NCBI GenBank assembly: GCA_039186435.1
Contig: JBCDAA010000001.1
Coordinates: 2,433-66,432, forward strand
Source of the DNA: Myxococcota bacterium
GTDB taxonomy: Bacteria > Myxococcota_A > Polyangia > Polyangiales > Houyiibacteriaceae
Reading direction: 5' to 3'
Length of the DNA: 64,000 nucleotides
This document shows positions 9,130-18,241 of this stretch, one piece after another. Positions within the stretch are counted from its first letter, which is position 1. Each line of letters begins with the position of its first letter. Position numbers and translations under genes: made by a program. Below the pieces are notes generated by a model. That model searched no databases and was not told the origin of the DNA. It worked only from the letters and a program-made list of their open reading frames with translations.

Positions 9130-9545
9130 AGACGTTGAAGAAGGAGCGCCTCGAAGGCGTCCACGAACAGACGGTTCCGTTTCACGACTGCGACCCCCTC
9201 GGCATCGTATGGCATGGCCACTACCTGAAGTACTTCGAGATCGCGCGGGAGCGTCTCTTCGATCGCATCGGCCTTACGCTCCCGTACTTCCGCGATCACG
9301 GACTGCACCTGGTCGTGATCGAATCGCGAATTCGACACGCCTTCCCCCTGCGTACCGGCGAGCTGCTGCGCGCACGCTGTTGGTTCAAGGAAACCGAGCA
9401 GCGAATTTTGCTTGGTGGCGAAGTCACCAATCTCACTCACGATCGCCGTGCGGCGCGAGCCTGGATCACGCTCGTCAGTATGCGCGGCGAGGAAATGTTG
9501 CTGGAGACCCCTCATGAGATCCTGCGTTTGGTTCCTGGTCCTTAG
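9126..9545 (+). CDS. 4HBT/YbgC-like acyl-CoA (acyl-ACP) thioesterase
   Basis: Hotdog thioesterase signature VPFHDCDPLGIVWHGHYLKYFEIARE. ATG 9126 overlaps the upstream stop. Confidence 0.75.
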   Translation: MKTLKKERLEGVHEQTVPFHDCDPLGIVWHGHYLKYFEIARERLFDRIGLTLPYFRDHGLHLVVIESRIRHAFPLRTGELLRARCWFKETEQRILLGGEVTNLTHDRRAARAWITLVSMRGEEMLLETPHEILRLVPGP

Positions 9546-10134
9546 TGCGCTCGTGGTGCCGAAGGACGTCAATGCGCAGGCGCCCAGCCTCGATTCCCTG
9601 CTGGCGTCCTTTCGTGGCCTTTCCGGCCTGAGCGCGCGATTTCGGGAGGAGAAGCAGGTTGCGCTTTTGGCAGCCCCCCTGCGAAGCGAAGGTGAGATTC
9701 ACTTTGCGCCTCCGGGCCGGTTGCTCCGTCGCGTCACCGGCCCGACGACTTCAGCCGCGCTCATTGCGGACGGCCGACTGACGATGTCTGCTGGGGGGAG
9801 GCGCCAGCAGTTCGACCTTTCGAGACAGCCTCTTGTCGCGGGCTTCGTGGACAGCTTTCGCTATGTGCTTGCGGGGGACCGCGCTGCGCTCGAGCGCGCG
9901 TACGACATCAATTTCACGGTCCAAGACGGCACCTGGGAACTCCGTCTTCGGCCGAAGGCGTCCCCCCTTCGCGAGTTCCTTCGGGAGATGGTGATGGTGG
10001 GGCGCGGCGTCGTCGTGAGCCGTTTGAGGATGACGGAGGCGAGCGGCGACGTCACCACGACGGACTTCTTTGACGTGGACGTGGGCCGAGAGTGGTCGCC
10101 GTCCGAGGTGCGGCGCGTCTTCCGGGTTGAGTAG
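9514..10134 (+). CDS. LolA-like outer-membrane lipoprotein carrier family protein
   Basis: Signal peptide [23 protein letters not shown], then [36 protein letters not shown], typical of LolA-like proteins. Start set at ATG 9514. Confidence 0.6.
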   Translation: MRSCVWFLVLSALVVPKDVNAQAPSLDSLLASFRGLSGLSARFREEKQVALLAAPLRSEGEIHFAPPGRLLRRVTGPTTSAALIADGRLTMSAGGRRQQFDLSRQPLVAGFVDSFRYVLAGDRAALERAYDINFTVQDGTWELRLRPKASPLREFLREMVMVGRGVVVSRLRMTEASGDVTTTDFFDVDVGREWSPSEVRRVFRVE

Positions 10135-10153
10135 TTTGCGCTATGGTCGACCC

Positions 10154-11167
10154 ATGATCGACCTTCGCTCCGACACGGTCACACGACCGACTTCCGAGAT
10201 GCGCAGCGCCATCGCGAGCGCGGAAGTTGGCGATGATGTGTACGGTGAGGATCCGAGCGTGCTAGGGCTTGAAACGTATGTTGCCGAGCTTCTGAACAAG
10301 GAGAGCGCGCTCTTCGTTCCGTCCGGTACGATGGCGAATCAAATCTGCCTCGCGCTCCACGGTCGTGCGGGTGACGAGATCCTCGTCGGGAGTGGCGCGC
10401 ATATCGCTCTTTATGAGAGTGGCGCTGCGCCCGGGTTATCCGGCCTGCAGCTGACACCGCTCGCCGGAGATGGCCGCTTCACGGCGGACGCTCTCCGCGA
10501 CGCGCTTCATCCGCCCGAAGCGTACTACTACGCGAAACAGTGCGCGGTCGCGATCGAGAACACCCACAACCACAGCGGTGGTCGGGTCTTTCCGCAAGAC
10601 GACGTTCTGGAGGTTGCGGCTCTCGCTCGAGCGAATGCCCTTGCGGTTCACCTCGATGGAGCGCGGCTCTGGAACGCGTCGGTCGCGACCGGGCTTTCGG
10701 TGGCGGAGCTTGCGGCCCCCGCGGACACCGTAAGCGTTTGCCTTTCCAAGGGGCTTGGCGCGCCCGTGGGTTCTGTCGCGCTCTTTCCGAAAGAGCGGCG
10801 CGTGGATGCCTTGCGTTTGCGACGGAGGTTCGGGGGCGCACTGCGTCAATCGGGCTTGCTTGCAGCGGCCGGTCTTCACGCGCTGCGACACCACCGCGAC
10901 GACCTTTCCCACGACCATCGCCGCGCGAAGGGGCTTGCGGAGGGACTCGCGGCTCTAGGCTACGACTGTGACGTCTCGATCGTGGACACCAACATCGTCG
11001 TGTTTCGTGTCGAGATGTCCGCGGAGCGTTTTGTCCAGCGAGCACGTGAGGCAGGCGTACTCCTTGGGGCGATTGGGCCACGATCCATTCGCGCGGTGAC
11101 CCACCGAGACCTGAGCGACGCGAATATCGAAGAGGCACTCGACGTTTTTCGCGTTGTCCGCGGATGA
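10154..11167 (+). CDS. ltaE: Low-specificity L-threonine aldolase (PLP-dependent)
   Basis: [30 protein letters not shown], and the [15 protein letters not shown]-lysine region. Confidence 0.9.
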   Translation: MIDLRSDTVTRPTSEMRSAIASAEVGDDVYGEDPSVLGLETYVAELLNKESALFVPSGTMANQICLALHGRAGDEILVGSGAHIALYESGAAPGLSGLQLTPLAGDGRFTADALRDALHPPEAYYYAKQCAVAIENTHNHSGGRVFPQDDVLEVAALARANALAVHLDGARLWNASVATGLSVAELAAPADTVSVCLSKGLGAPVGSVALFPKERRVDALRLRRRFGGALRQSGLLAAAGLHALRHHRDDLSHDHRRAKGLAEGLAALGYDCDVSIVDTNIVVFRVEMSAERFVQRAREAGVLLGAIGPRSIRAVTHRDLSDANIEEALDVFRVVRG

Positions 11168-12300
11168 AGTGGGAAGGACCGCACCTGGGACGACCGCACC
11201 TGGGACGACCGCACCTGGGACGACCGCACCTGGGACGGCCGCACCTGGGACGGCCGCACCTGGGACGGCCGCACCTGGGACGAGTCTGGGCAGCGGTTGC
11301 CATCCTCACCTTTGGCTGCCCACCCACACTATCCCGACCGGAGAGCGGTCCTCATCTGGACTACCTGGCGCAAGGCGAACGCGAAATGCGCCACGGGCGC
11401 TTCGATGCGGCAGCCACGGCGTTTTCGCAGGCCGCCAGCGAGGCCGAACGCCGCGTTGACCGTGATGAGGCCCGATATCGGCAGAGTAGGGCACTGCGCG
11501 AGGGCGAGCGATTTCACGAAGCGATTGCGATCCTTGATGAAATTGCAGCGACGCGGCCGCCCTCCCGACGAACGGCGAGAGCGATCTTCGACGCGGCGTT
11601 ACTGCACGAGCGTCTTGGGGACGAGTCGGAAGCAATCGCTGGATTCGAGCGAGTCGTTCGGCAGCACTCAGACGAGGGTCCCGCCGCGCGGGCGCTTCGC
11701 CTCTGGTTGTCCAAGCTTCCGCCGGGGAGTGCCCGCCGGCTGACCGAGGTGCTCCATCGAGACCTCCGCGATACCGACCTCGCGGACGACCTCCTCGCCG
11801 CCCGGGCGGAACTCGCACTCGAGGAGGGCGATCGCCAAGGTGCCCGAGGTGCGCTCGAGCAGCTGGTCGCCGACCACCCGTATCCTCAAGGGCATCGATG
11901 GGACGACGCTATCGAGCGACTCGCGCAGATGGATCTTGAAGACGGAGCTCCGGAACAAGCGGTGCGGCGCCTAAGCGCAATGCTTGAGCGCGCGGAGCAA
12001 ACCACCATCGTCGGGAGCTACACCCTGCCGGCGTTTCCCCGCGCTCAGCTCGAAATCGCGCGAATCTACCGCGACCATTTGGCGGACCCTGAAGCTGCCG
12101 AAGACGCCTTCGAGGAGCTTTCTCGAAGATTCCCGGACTCCACACTTCGAGACGACGCAACGGTGGAGCTTGGCGAAATGCTTCTGGGATCGGGCAGGAT
12201 CCGACGAGGGTGCGAAATGCTCCGGGATGCCGTCGCTGAGTTTGACGTGGGTTCCGCAAGGCGGCGCGCGACCGCACGAATCGCTTCGGACTGCGACTAA
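11164..12300 (+). CDS. TPR-like repeat protein, probably a lipoprotein; the N-terminus contains 7 x PHLGR encoded by a tandem repeat
   Basis: ATG 11164 overlaps the ltaE stop (ATGA). The hydrophobic stretch [12 protein letters not shown] follows the repeat, then helical TPR-like repeats. No in-frame ATG/GTG lies between the repeat and the hydrophobic segment. The alternative start is ATG 11386. Confidence 0.65.
   Translation: MKWEGPHLGRPHLGRPHLGRPHLGRPHLGRPHLGRPHLGRVWAAVAILTFGCPPTLSRPESGPHLDYLAQGEREMRHGRFDAAATAFSQAASEAERRVDRDEARYRQSRALREGERFHEAIAILDEIAATRPPSRRTARAIFDAALLHERLGDESEAIAGFERVVRQHSDEGPAARALRLWLSKLPPGSARRLTEVLHRDLRDTDLADDLLAARAELALEEGDRQGARGALEQLVADHPYPQGHRWDDAIERLAQMDLEDGAPEQAVRRLSAMLERAEQTTIVGSYTLPAFPRAQLEIARIYRDHLADPEAAEDAFEELSRRFPDSTLRDDATVELGEMLLGSGRIRRGCEMLRDAVAEFDVGSARRRATARIASDCD
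11179..11283. repeat. 15-bp tandem repeat, 7 copies (CCGCACCTGGGACGR)
   Basis: Seven perfect or near-perfect head-to-tail copies; only the last base varies (A/G). The complement is YCGTCCCAGGTGCGG, i.e. the dispersed motif in reverse orientation. Confidence 0.95.
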
Positions 12301-12410
12301 GTCGCTCTTTGCTCAAACTGACCTCGCGCTCGCTTGTTCTGGCGACCCCCGCGGCGTTGCTCGCTTTGAAACAGAGTTCGCGCATTGCGCGCCGAGGCCT
12401 GACGAGCAAT

Positions 12411-12779
12411 CTAGAGATCGTCTTCGTCTTCGTCGGTCTCGTCCGCGAGGTCATCGAGGTCGTCGAGGCGATCATCGTCGCTTTCGTCGTCTTCCTCCAT
12501 CAGCGTCGGAAATTTGAGCTCCAGGTCGGCGTCCGAGAGCTGGCCTTCGAGAAGTTCGAAGAGCTCGTCGACGTCGTCGCCGCCCCACTCATCGAGCACC
12601 TCGGACACGAATTCATAGATATCGCCCGAGTCGATGTGCCGCTCGATCAGCTCCACCTGATCCTGCGTAAACACGTCGATCAGGTCCTCCCGGAGAGTCT
12701 CCGTGTCGCCGTCATCGATCGCATCCGTCGCGGAAAGTCGGACTTGCCGTACCGCTCGCCTACCAAGGAAGATTTCCAC
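12411..12779 (-). CDS. Highly acidic hypothetical protein
   Basis: 122 aa with a D/E-rich C-terminal tail. Third-position G/C bias favours the minus strand over the overlapping plus-strand ORF 12309..12815. Confidence 0.5.
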   Translation of the reverse strand: MEIFLGRRAVRQVRLSATDAIDDGDTETLREDLIDVFTQDQVELIERHIDSGDIYEFVSEVLDEWGGDDVDELFELLEGQLSDADLELKFPTLMEEDDESDDDRLDDLDDLADETDEDEDDL

Positions 12780-12834
12780 AAGCCACCTGCGCTATTGTTG
12801 ACCTGGAAGTCCTGAGACGGCGCGAACTATAAGA

Positions 12835-13488
12835 ATGGTGCTTGTGGTGTCAATGCAGTGGTTTCGACTCGCCCTAGGTGCGGTTTGTCTGCTCGGAATT
12901 TCGAGCAGTTCCGCGCCTGTGCGCGCAGACGCCTTCGAGCTTCCCCCGCCGCCCAGTTCCCATCCGCCGCGGATCGCTGCGGAGTTTCGCTTGGATGTGG
13001 TGTTCCCTCTTGACCAAAAGCCCATCTGCCCGAGTGGGAGTCGCTGTGTTTTTGGGGGAGGCGCGGGTCTGGGGGCGTTGGTCGAGTGGCGGTGGCCCTC
13101 TGGTCTAGGGCTCGGCCTTGGGTACGACGCGTGGTTCTTGGACGGGAACGGTGTGCACGAGCTCACGACGATGCAGAGCCTCCGAGTCGGGGTTCGTTAC
13201 CAATTCCTTCGGGATCGACAGACCCATCCATGGATTGGAGCTGCGTTCGGAGGGCTTCTCTTTGGAGACACGTTCCGCGCCGATGCAGCAGGTGGCCTCG
13301 TCGACGTTCAGCTAGGCGTTGAATTCGAGCTCTCCGCGTCCCTCGCGTTCACCATCGGAGCCACTCTTCGATGGCTCTCAACGACCTCATTTCGGACGTC
13401 GAGCGACGGGGTCGAGAGGGCGGAAGGCTTCGGGCCCGTCGGCGCGGCTGCGTTGAGCGTCGGCCTAGTGCTTCTTCCCTCCACCTGA
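12835..13488 (+). CDS. Secreted protein, possibly a small outer-membrane beta-barrel
   Basis: Signal peptide (ALGAVCLLGISSSSAPVRADA). Alternating hydrophobic/Gly-rich strands (LGLGLGYDAWF, LRVGVRYQF, VDVQLGVEFEL, AFTIGATLRWL). Confidence 0.45.
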   Translation: MVLVVSMQWFRLALGAVCLLGISSSSAPVRADAFELPPPPSSHPPRIAAEFRLDVVFPLDQKPICPSGSRCVFGGGAGLGALVEWRWPSGLGLGLGYDAWFLDGNGVHELTTMQSLRVGVRYQFLRDRQTHPWIGAAFGGLLFGDTFRADAAGGLVDVQLGVEFELSASLAFTIGATLRWLSTTSFRTSSDGVERAEGFGPVGAAALSVGLVLLPST

Positions 13489-13555
13489 ATGCGAATTCCT
13501 TGCAAGATCAACGCTTGACGTAGTCCCGTCCGACGAGGTCCACTTCGCCCTGCGG

Positions 13556-14749
13556 ATGAACTGCCCGAGCTGCGGCCATGGGAACCCGGCGGGGAGCGTG
13601 TTCTGCCAACAGTGCGGGACGCGTCTTCAGGCCCAGGCAAAGCCTAAGGTGACGTGCGGCCGCTGCGGGGGTGCGAACGAACCGCACATGCGGTTTTGTG
13701 TGCACTGCGGGAACGAGCTGAAAGCTCCAGCAGCGGCCTCGCCCGGCGTCCCGGGTGCGGGCGCCCCAGGTGCAGTCGGACCTGCGGGCGTTCCGAGTGC
13801 CGAGCAAGCCTCGGCAGGGCCAGCCGGCGTTTCCGCATCCGTCCCAGGTGCGGCCACCTCACCCGGGCCGAACGTCCCAGGTGCCGCATCGCCGCATCGG
13901 TTGGCACCGACCCCGGTCGGATCCCAGCCAAGCCCCGTTCAGGGGGGGATCGTCTGCTGGCGGTGTCGTGGCGTGGGGGATGTCGGCTCCGAGTTCTGCA
14001 AGTTTTGCGGGGCTCGCTTCGCGGACGCTCCCGCCACGCCGAAGATCACATCACCCGGCCCCCACGTCCCGTCGGTTGGGCAAGCCGCGGCGGTCGCGGG
14101 TGCCCGTTTGGTCTCGATTCTCAAGGATGGGTCGGACGGAGCCGCGTTCCCACTCCGGGAATCCTCGGATATCGGCCGGGGCGAGGGGGAGGTCGTGCTC
14201 GCCGACGATCCCTATCTCAGCGGCCGCCACGCGCGGGTCCGCCGAGAAAACGGCCAGTGGATCCTCCGGGATCTCGGAAGCGTCAATGGGGTGTACCTTC
14301 GACTTCGGGACCCCGTGGAGCTTCAGGACGGCGACAAAATCCTGATCGGACAGCAAGTCCTTCGGTTTGAGACCCTTGAGGACGCCGAAATTCCGCTTGG
14401 ACCCGCCAGTATTCAAGGAGTGCTCGCCTTTGGGACGCCCGAGGTGCCGAGGTATGCGCGTCTGGTCCAGTACACAACGGAAGGGGTAGGCCGGGACGTA
14501 CATTACCTGTATCGTGACGAAACCGTGCTGGGACGGGAGAACGGCGACGTTGTCTTTACTGACGACCCCTTCCTTTCTCGTCGACACGCGGCCATCACCG
14601 TGGACCGAGGTACTCAGCGCGTAACTTTGCGAGATTTGGGCTCCTCGAACGGGACCGCGGTTCGCCTTCGCAAAGAGTGCCTTCTTCGTGCGGGGGACCA
14701 GTTTCGGGTTGGGCGCCACCTCTTTCGCTTCGATGATGGGTCTGGATGA
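13556..14749 (+). CDS. Triple zinc-ribbon / double FHA domain protein
   Basis: Three CxxC...CxxC ribbons (CPSCG..CQQCG; CGRCG..CVHCG; CWRCR..CKFCG), a P/A/G linker, and two FHA domains (GRGEGEVVL..SGRHARV..DLGSVNGVYL; GRENGDVVF..SRRHAAI..DLGSSNGTAV). Confidence 0.85.
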   Translation: MNCPSCGHGNPAGSVFCQQCGTRLQAQAKPKVTCGRCGGANEPHMRFCVHCGNELKAPAAASPGVPGAGAPGAVGPAGVPSAEQASAGPAGVSASVPGAATSPGPNVPGAASPHRLAPTPVGSQPSPVQGGIVCWRCRGVGDVGSEFCKFCGARFADAPATPKITSPGPHVPSVGQAAAVAGARLVSILKDGSDGAAFPLRESSDIGRGEGEVVLADDPYLSGRHARVRRENGQWILRDLGSVNGVYLRLRDPVELQDGDKILIGQQVLRFETLEDAEIPLGPASIQGVLAFGTPEVPRYARLVQYTTEGVGRDVHYLYRDETVLGRENGDVVFTDDPFLSRRHAAITVDRGTQRVTLRDLGSSNGTAVRLRKECLLRAGDQFRVGRHLFRFDDGSG

Positions 14750-16806
14750 GCGACTCGGACCAAGAACCAGAAGAGACCAAGGAGGACGTCACGGCGACGA
14801 TGCCCGACGCCCCGGCGGCAAAGCTGCGCGCCGATCTCGCCAAGCTTGGGTCAAAGCCGGCGGCGACGAGCACCTCGGGCGACTCGGAAGAGGCCGACTC
14901 TGATGACGAGACCACCTCGGACGAGGACACCTCGGGCGACGGCACCTCGGACGACGGCACCTCGGACGACTCGGACGACGGCACCTCGGACGACGGCACC
15001 TCGGACGACGGCGCCTCGGACGACGGCACCTCGGACGACGGCGCCTCGGACGACGGCACCTCGGACGAGAGCACCTCGGACGAGGATGAGGACGACGGCA
15101 CCTCGGACGAGGATGACGACGGCACCTCGGACGAGCCTGACGACCCGGACGGGACGATCGCGTTTCGTTACTTCGGGATTACCGACGTTGGTCAGGTTCG
15201 AGAGCACAACGAGGACAACTTCGCGGTCGTCGACCTCGAGAGCGGAAAAGCGGTTTGGGGTGGCGAGGGCGATAGCGCGTCCCCGCCCACCGAAATCATC
15301 GCGGGCGACATTGGACCCAAGGGCATCGTCTTTGCCGTTTGTGACGGCATGGGTGGCGCCGCTGCAGGCGAAGTGGCCAGCCAGATGGCCATCGACACCA
15401 TCCGGGAGGTCATGCTCGCCTGCGACGCCCCGCGCCATCGGGACGGCTTCGCACATCGGCTGGTCTACTCCATCGAGGAAGCCGGGAGCCGAATCTTCGG
15501 CGCCGCCAAGATGGATCGCAGCCGGCGGGGGATGGGGACGACGGCCACCGTCGCGGGTCTGATCGACAAGCTTCTCTTCGTGGGCCAGGTCGGCGATAGC
15601 CGCTGCTACGTTCTTCGAAACGGCGAACTCGCGCTCGTCACCAAAGACCAGTCTCTCGTCAATCAGCTGATCGAAGCCGGGCAGCTCACGGAAGAAGAAG
15701 CCGAGGCCTTCGAGCACTCCAACATCATTCTCCAGGCCCTCGGAACAACCGAGGACGTCAGCGTCGACCTGACCTTCCTGGAACTCCGCCAGGGCGATCG
15801 CATCATGCTCTGCTCCGATGGCCTCTCCGGGCTGGTGCATGCGGAGATGATTCGCGAGGTCATGAGCGAGGGCGACGATCTCGAAGCGATCGCCGTCCGA
15901 CTGGTGGAGATGGCCAACGCGGGCGGCGGCCACGACAACATTACGTGCGTTGTTGCCGAGCTCGATGGCGATGGACTCGCGGCCCCGAGTGGCGCGCCGA
16001 AAGCCGTCTACCAGCAGTATCCGCTCCCTCCGATCGACGAGGTGGAGGACGACCTTCCGCGGCGCGAGCCGACGATCAAAACCGGCGGCCGCAAGCCTGG
16101 CGCCGACGTCAAGCACATCCAATACGACCCCGACGACCCCGAGGTGCCCCACTCGCGCTTTCCGTGGGGAATGCTCGTGGTGGCACTCCTTCTTTTGGGG
16201 ATCGTGATCGCGGTGGTGGCGTCCTCGTCGAAGCGAACCCCGCCGCCGGAGCCGACCGAGGTGCCCGAGGGTCCTCCGGTGGTGCAGCCGGTTGAGGTTT
16301 GCGTTCGCACCGACGTGGTTGGCGGCGATCTCTTCGTCGACGGCCAGAGCTACGGACCGCTTCGCGAGGGCGACAGCGTCTGCATCGAGCTTCTTCCCGG
16401 AGCGTATCGTTTCGAGGCGCGGGTCGGCGACAGCGCGGCGGCGACGACAACCTTGACCGTTCGGGAAGGGGTTCCGGCCGACGTGGAGCTGATGCTTCCC
16501 GCGGGGGCGCTTCGTGCGGGGGAGGACGCGGGCGCGGACGGTGGGGATGCATCTGCGGAGGAATCGGAGGTCGAGTCAGACCCGGCCGACGCCGAGGAGC
16601 CCGAGGACACTCCGAGCGTCATGACGACACCGCCGACGCGAATGACGGTAATGGCGCCCACGATGGAATCGGCGATGACGTCGACGATGACATCGACGAT
16701 GACGACCATGACTTCGGAAATGGCGCCTTCTCCGATGAGCGCGATGAACACGATGGCCGAGGAGACGATGGAAGCGTCGATGGCGCCTCCTGCAAACCCG
16801 TTCTAG
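14746..16806 (+). CDS. PP2C-family Ser/Thr phosphatase with an acidic repeat N-terminus, one TM helix, a PEGA-like extracytoplasmic domain and a Met/Thr/Ser-rich tail
   Basis: PP2C motifs [14 protein letters not shown] and [17 protein letters not shown]...GGHDNIT. TM helix [22 protein letters not shown]-like segment [12 protein letters not shown]...[16 protein letters not shown] overlap with the upstream gene. Confidence 0.9.
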   Translation: MSDSDQEPEETKEDVTATMPDAPAAKLRADLAKLGSKPAATSTSGDSEEADSDDETTSDEDTSGDGTSDDGTSDDSDDGTSDDGTSDDGASDDGTSDDGASDDGTSDESTSDEDEDDGTSDEDDDGTSDEPDDPDGTIAFRYFGITDVGQVREHNEDNFAVVDLESGKAVWGGEGDSASPPTEIIAGDIGPKGIVFAVCDGMGGAAAGEVASQMAIDTIREVMLACDAPRHRDGFAHRLVYSIEEAGSRIFGAAKMDRSRRGMGTTATVAGLIDKLLFVGQVGDSRCYVLRNGELALVTKDQSLVNQLIEAGQLTEEEAEAFEHSNIILQALGTTEDVSVDLTFLELRQGDRIMLCSDGLSGLVHAEMIREVMSEGDDLEAIAVRLVEMANAGGGHDNITCVVAELDGDGLAAPSGAPKAVYQQYPLPPIDEVEDDLPRREPTIKTGGRKPGADVKHIQYDPDDPEVPHSRFPWGMLVVALLLLGIVIAVVASSSKRTPPPEPTEVPEGPPVVQPVEVCVRTDVVGGDLFVDGQSYGPLREGDSVCIELLPGAYRFEARVGDSAAATTTLTVREGVPADVELMLPAGALRAGEDAGADGGDASAEESEVESDPADAEEPEDTPSVMTTPPTRMTVMAPTMESAMTSTMTSTMTTMTSEMAPSPMSAMNTMAEETMEASMAPPANPF
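14866..15135. repeat. 15-bp tandem repeat array (GGCACCTCGGACGAC, about 13 copies with short insertions) inside the PP2C gene
   Basis: Encodes (G/A/T)TSD(D/E) repeats. The complement GTCGTCCGAGGTGCC carries the dispersed motif. Confidence 0.9.
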
Positions 16807-16815
16807 GGGCGCCGC

Positions 16816-18084
16816 GTGCGAATCCGGCTAGAGCAGACGTTTGGTGCGCACACGGGTCGGAGCTTCGCGTTCGATCAGGAGCTGGTTCGCATCGGGCGTA
16901 TGCCGGACTCAGACGTTGCTTTCGATGCACACGCGGATCTCGATGCGTCGGGCCGTCATGCGGAGCTACGGCGACAAGGTTCAGCGTGGTCGGTCGTCGA
17001 TCTCGGCAGTCGGAACGGCACCTGGGTCAATGGGCAGCGTGTGGATCAACGCGTTCTCGCTCACGGTGACGAACTCGAGTTCGGTCCCGGCGGACCGCGG
17101 CTTCGGGTGGAGCTCGTGCCGCCCTCGGTTGTTCCTCCGCCTCCGGGTGCATCGACGCGGGGGGCGACCCCTGCTGCGGTCGGGGCTGCGACGGGTCCGA
17201 TGACTCCGTTGCCGGCGGACGCTGCACCCGCCTTCGCCGTGCCGACACCTGCGATTTCTTCCAGTCATGCGTCGCTGCCCCCAGCGACGCCAACGCCGGG
17301 AGCGAAGCAATACGGTCAGCGCACCGTCAACTTCATGATTCAAGACGCGGTCCGAAAGGCGCGCGCAGGACGGGGGTTAAAAATCGCTGTCGGGGTTCTC
17401 GCGGCGCTTCTTGTCCTCGTGCTCGCCGTGTTGGGGGTGCTCGTCCTTCGCGCAGGAGGCGAACGCCGTGGACCGGATCCGGCGCATGTAACGGCGGCGA
17501 ACGCCGGCGCGCTTTTTCGCCTCGCAGAAACGAGCGGCGGCGAAACCAATACGTTCTGCACCGCCTTCGCCGTACGCCGTCAGATTCTCGCGACGACTGC
17601 ACGGTGTGTTTTGGCCATCGAGGCCCGGCGCGGTGCGGGTTCCACGATCGACGCGCGCGGCGTAGCGGGCACGACCACGGTGCAGCGGCTTTGGCGTCAC
17701 CCGAGTTTTGATCCTGCCGCCGCGGGTCCTGATGTCGGACTGGTGGAGATCGAAACGCCCGCGCCCTCTCTTGTGACGCTTGCAACGCTGGATCGCGTGA
17801 CTCGGTTGGACACCGGTGATCTCTTGCTCGGCTATGGCTACGGCGCGAGTGAAGTCGCTCGTACCGTGGAGATGCGCGTCGGCTCGGTCACGACCGATGC
17901 GCAAGGACGGCAGATCCAACACGGAAGCGCCGCGGGTGTCGGCGCTCCGGTATTCGACGCGAGCGGTGCCGTCGTCGGCGTTCACAGCACCGGACCGGGT
18001 GAGCCCGGACCTGCCGCACAGGGGGCCGGCTACGTGATCGGCGCGGACGCACTTCTTTCGCTGCTTGCGGGCCTGGCACCCTAG
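16816..18084 (+). CDS. FHA domain - TM - trypsin-like (Trypsin_2) domain protein; the catalytic triad appears degenerate
   Basis: N-terminal FHA (VRIGR..ASGRHAEL..DLGSRNGTWVNG). TM helix IAVGVLAALLVLVLAVLGVLVL. In the C-terminal chymotrypsin-fold pattern, TTARCV replaces TxAHxV and AGVGAPVFD replaces GxSGxPxxD. Confidence 0.75.
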   Translation: MRIRLEQTFGAHTGRSFAFDQELVRIGRMPDSDVAFDAHADLDASGRHAELRRQGSAWSVVDLGSRNGTWVNGQRVDQRVLAHGDELEFGPGGPRLRVELVPPSVVPPPPGASTRGATPAAVGAATGPMTPLPADAAPAFAVPTPAISSSHASLPPATPTPGAKQYGQRTVNFMIQDAVRKARAGRGLKIAVGVLAALLVLVLAVLGVLVLRAGGERRGPDPAHVTAANAGALFRLAETSGGETNTFCTAFAVRRQILATTARCVLAIEARRGAGSTIDARGVAGTTTVQRLWRHPSFDPAAAGPDVGLVEIETPAPSLVTLATLDRVTRLDTGDLLLGYGYGASEVARTVEMRVGSVTTDAQGRQIQHGSAAGVGAPVFDASGAVVGVHSTGPGEPGPAAQGAGYVIGADALLSLLAGLAP

Positions 18085-18241
18085 ATAGGCCTGGCCGGCG
18101 TTGCTTCGCGAGGGCTGGTATCGTGCAGCGCGATGCGCTCGTTGGCGACGATCGGCGGCTCTCGGCGCGGGACACGCCCCTCCTCTCAAAACCTCGAACG
18201 GGTAGCCGCATGTCGCGCGGAGTTCCGGAGACGGGCTGCTA

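Noticed and set aside
12309-12815. Plus-strand 168-aa ORF overlapping the acidic-protein gene
   Set aside because: Third-codon-position G/C preference and the coherent acidic helical sequence favour the minus-strand frame. The plus-strand product is a Val/Leu/Glu-rich mirror with no start context.
7403-15135. Tandem arrays (7403, 11179, 14866; also 51352 and 55940) considered as CRISPR arrays
   Set aside because: The units are only 15-18 bp and directly abut each other with no unique spacers. No cas genes are present, and two arrays lie inside reading frames that they preserve.
14851-16152. 433-aa minus-strand ORF opposite the PP2C gene, and the alternative-frame ORFs over the repeat arrays (e.g. 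10479..11327, 14595..15125, 14846..15562)
   Set aside because: These are translations of the tandem repeats in other frames or strands (RPRCG, SSEVP, APRTT runs). The plus-strand PP2C motifs and operon overlaps define the real frame.
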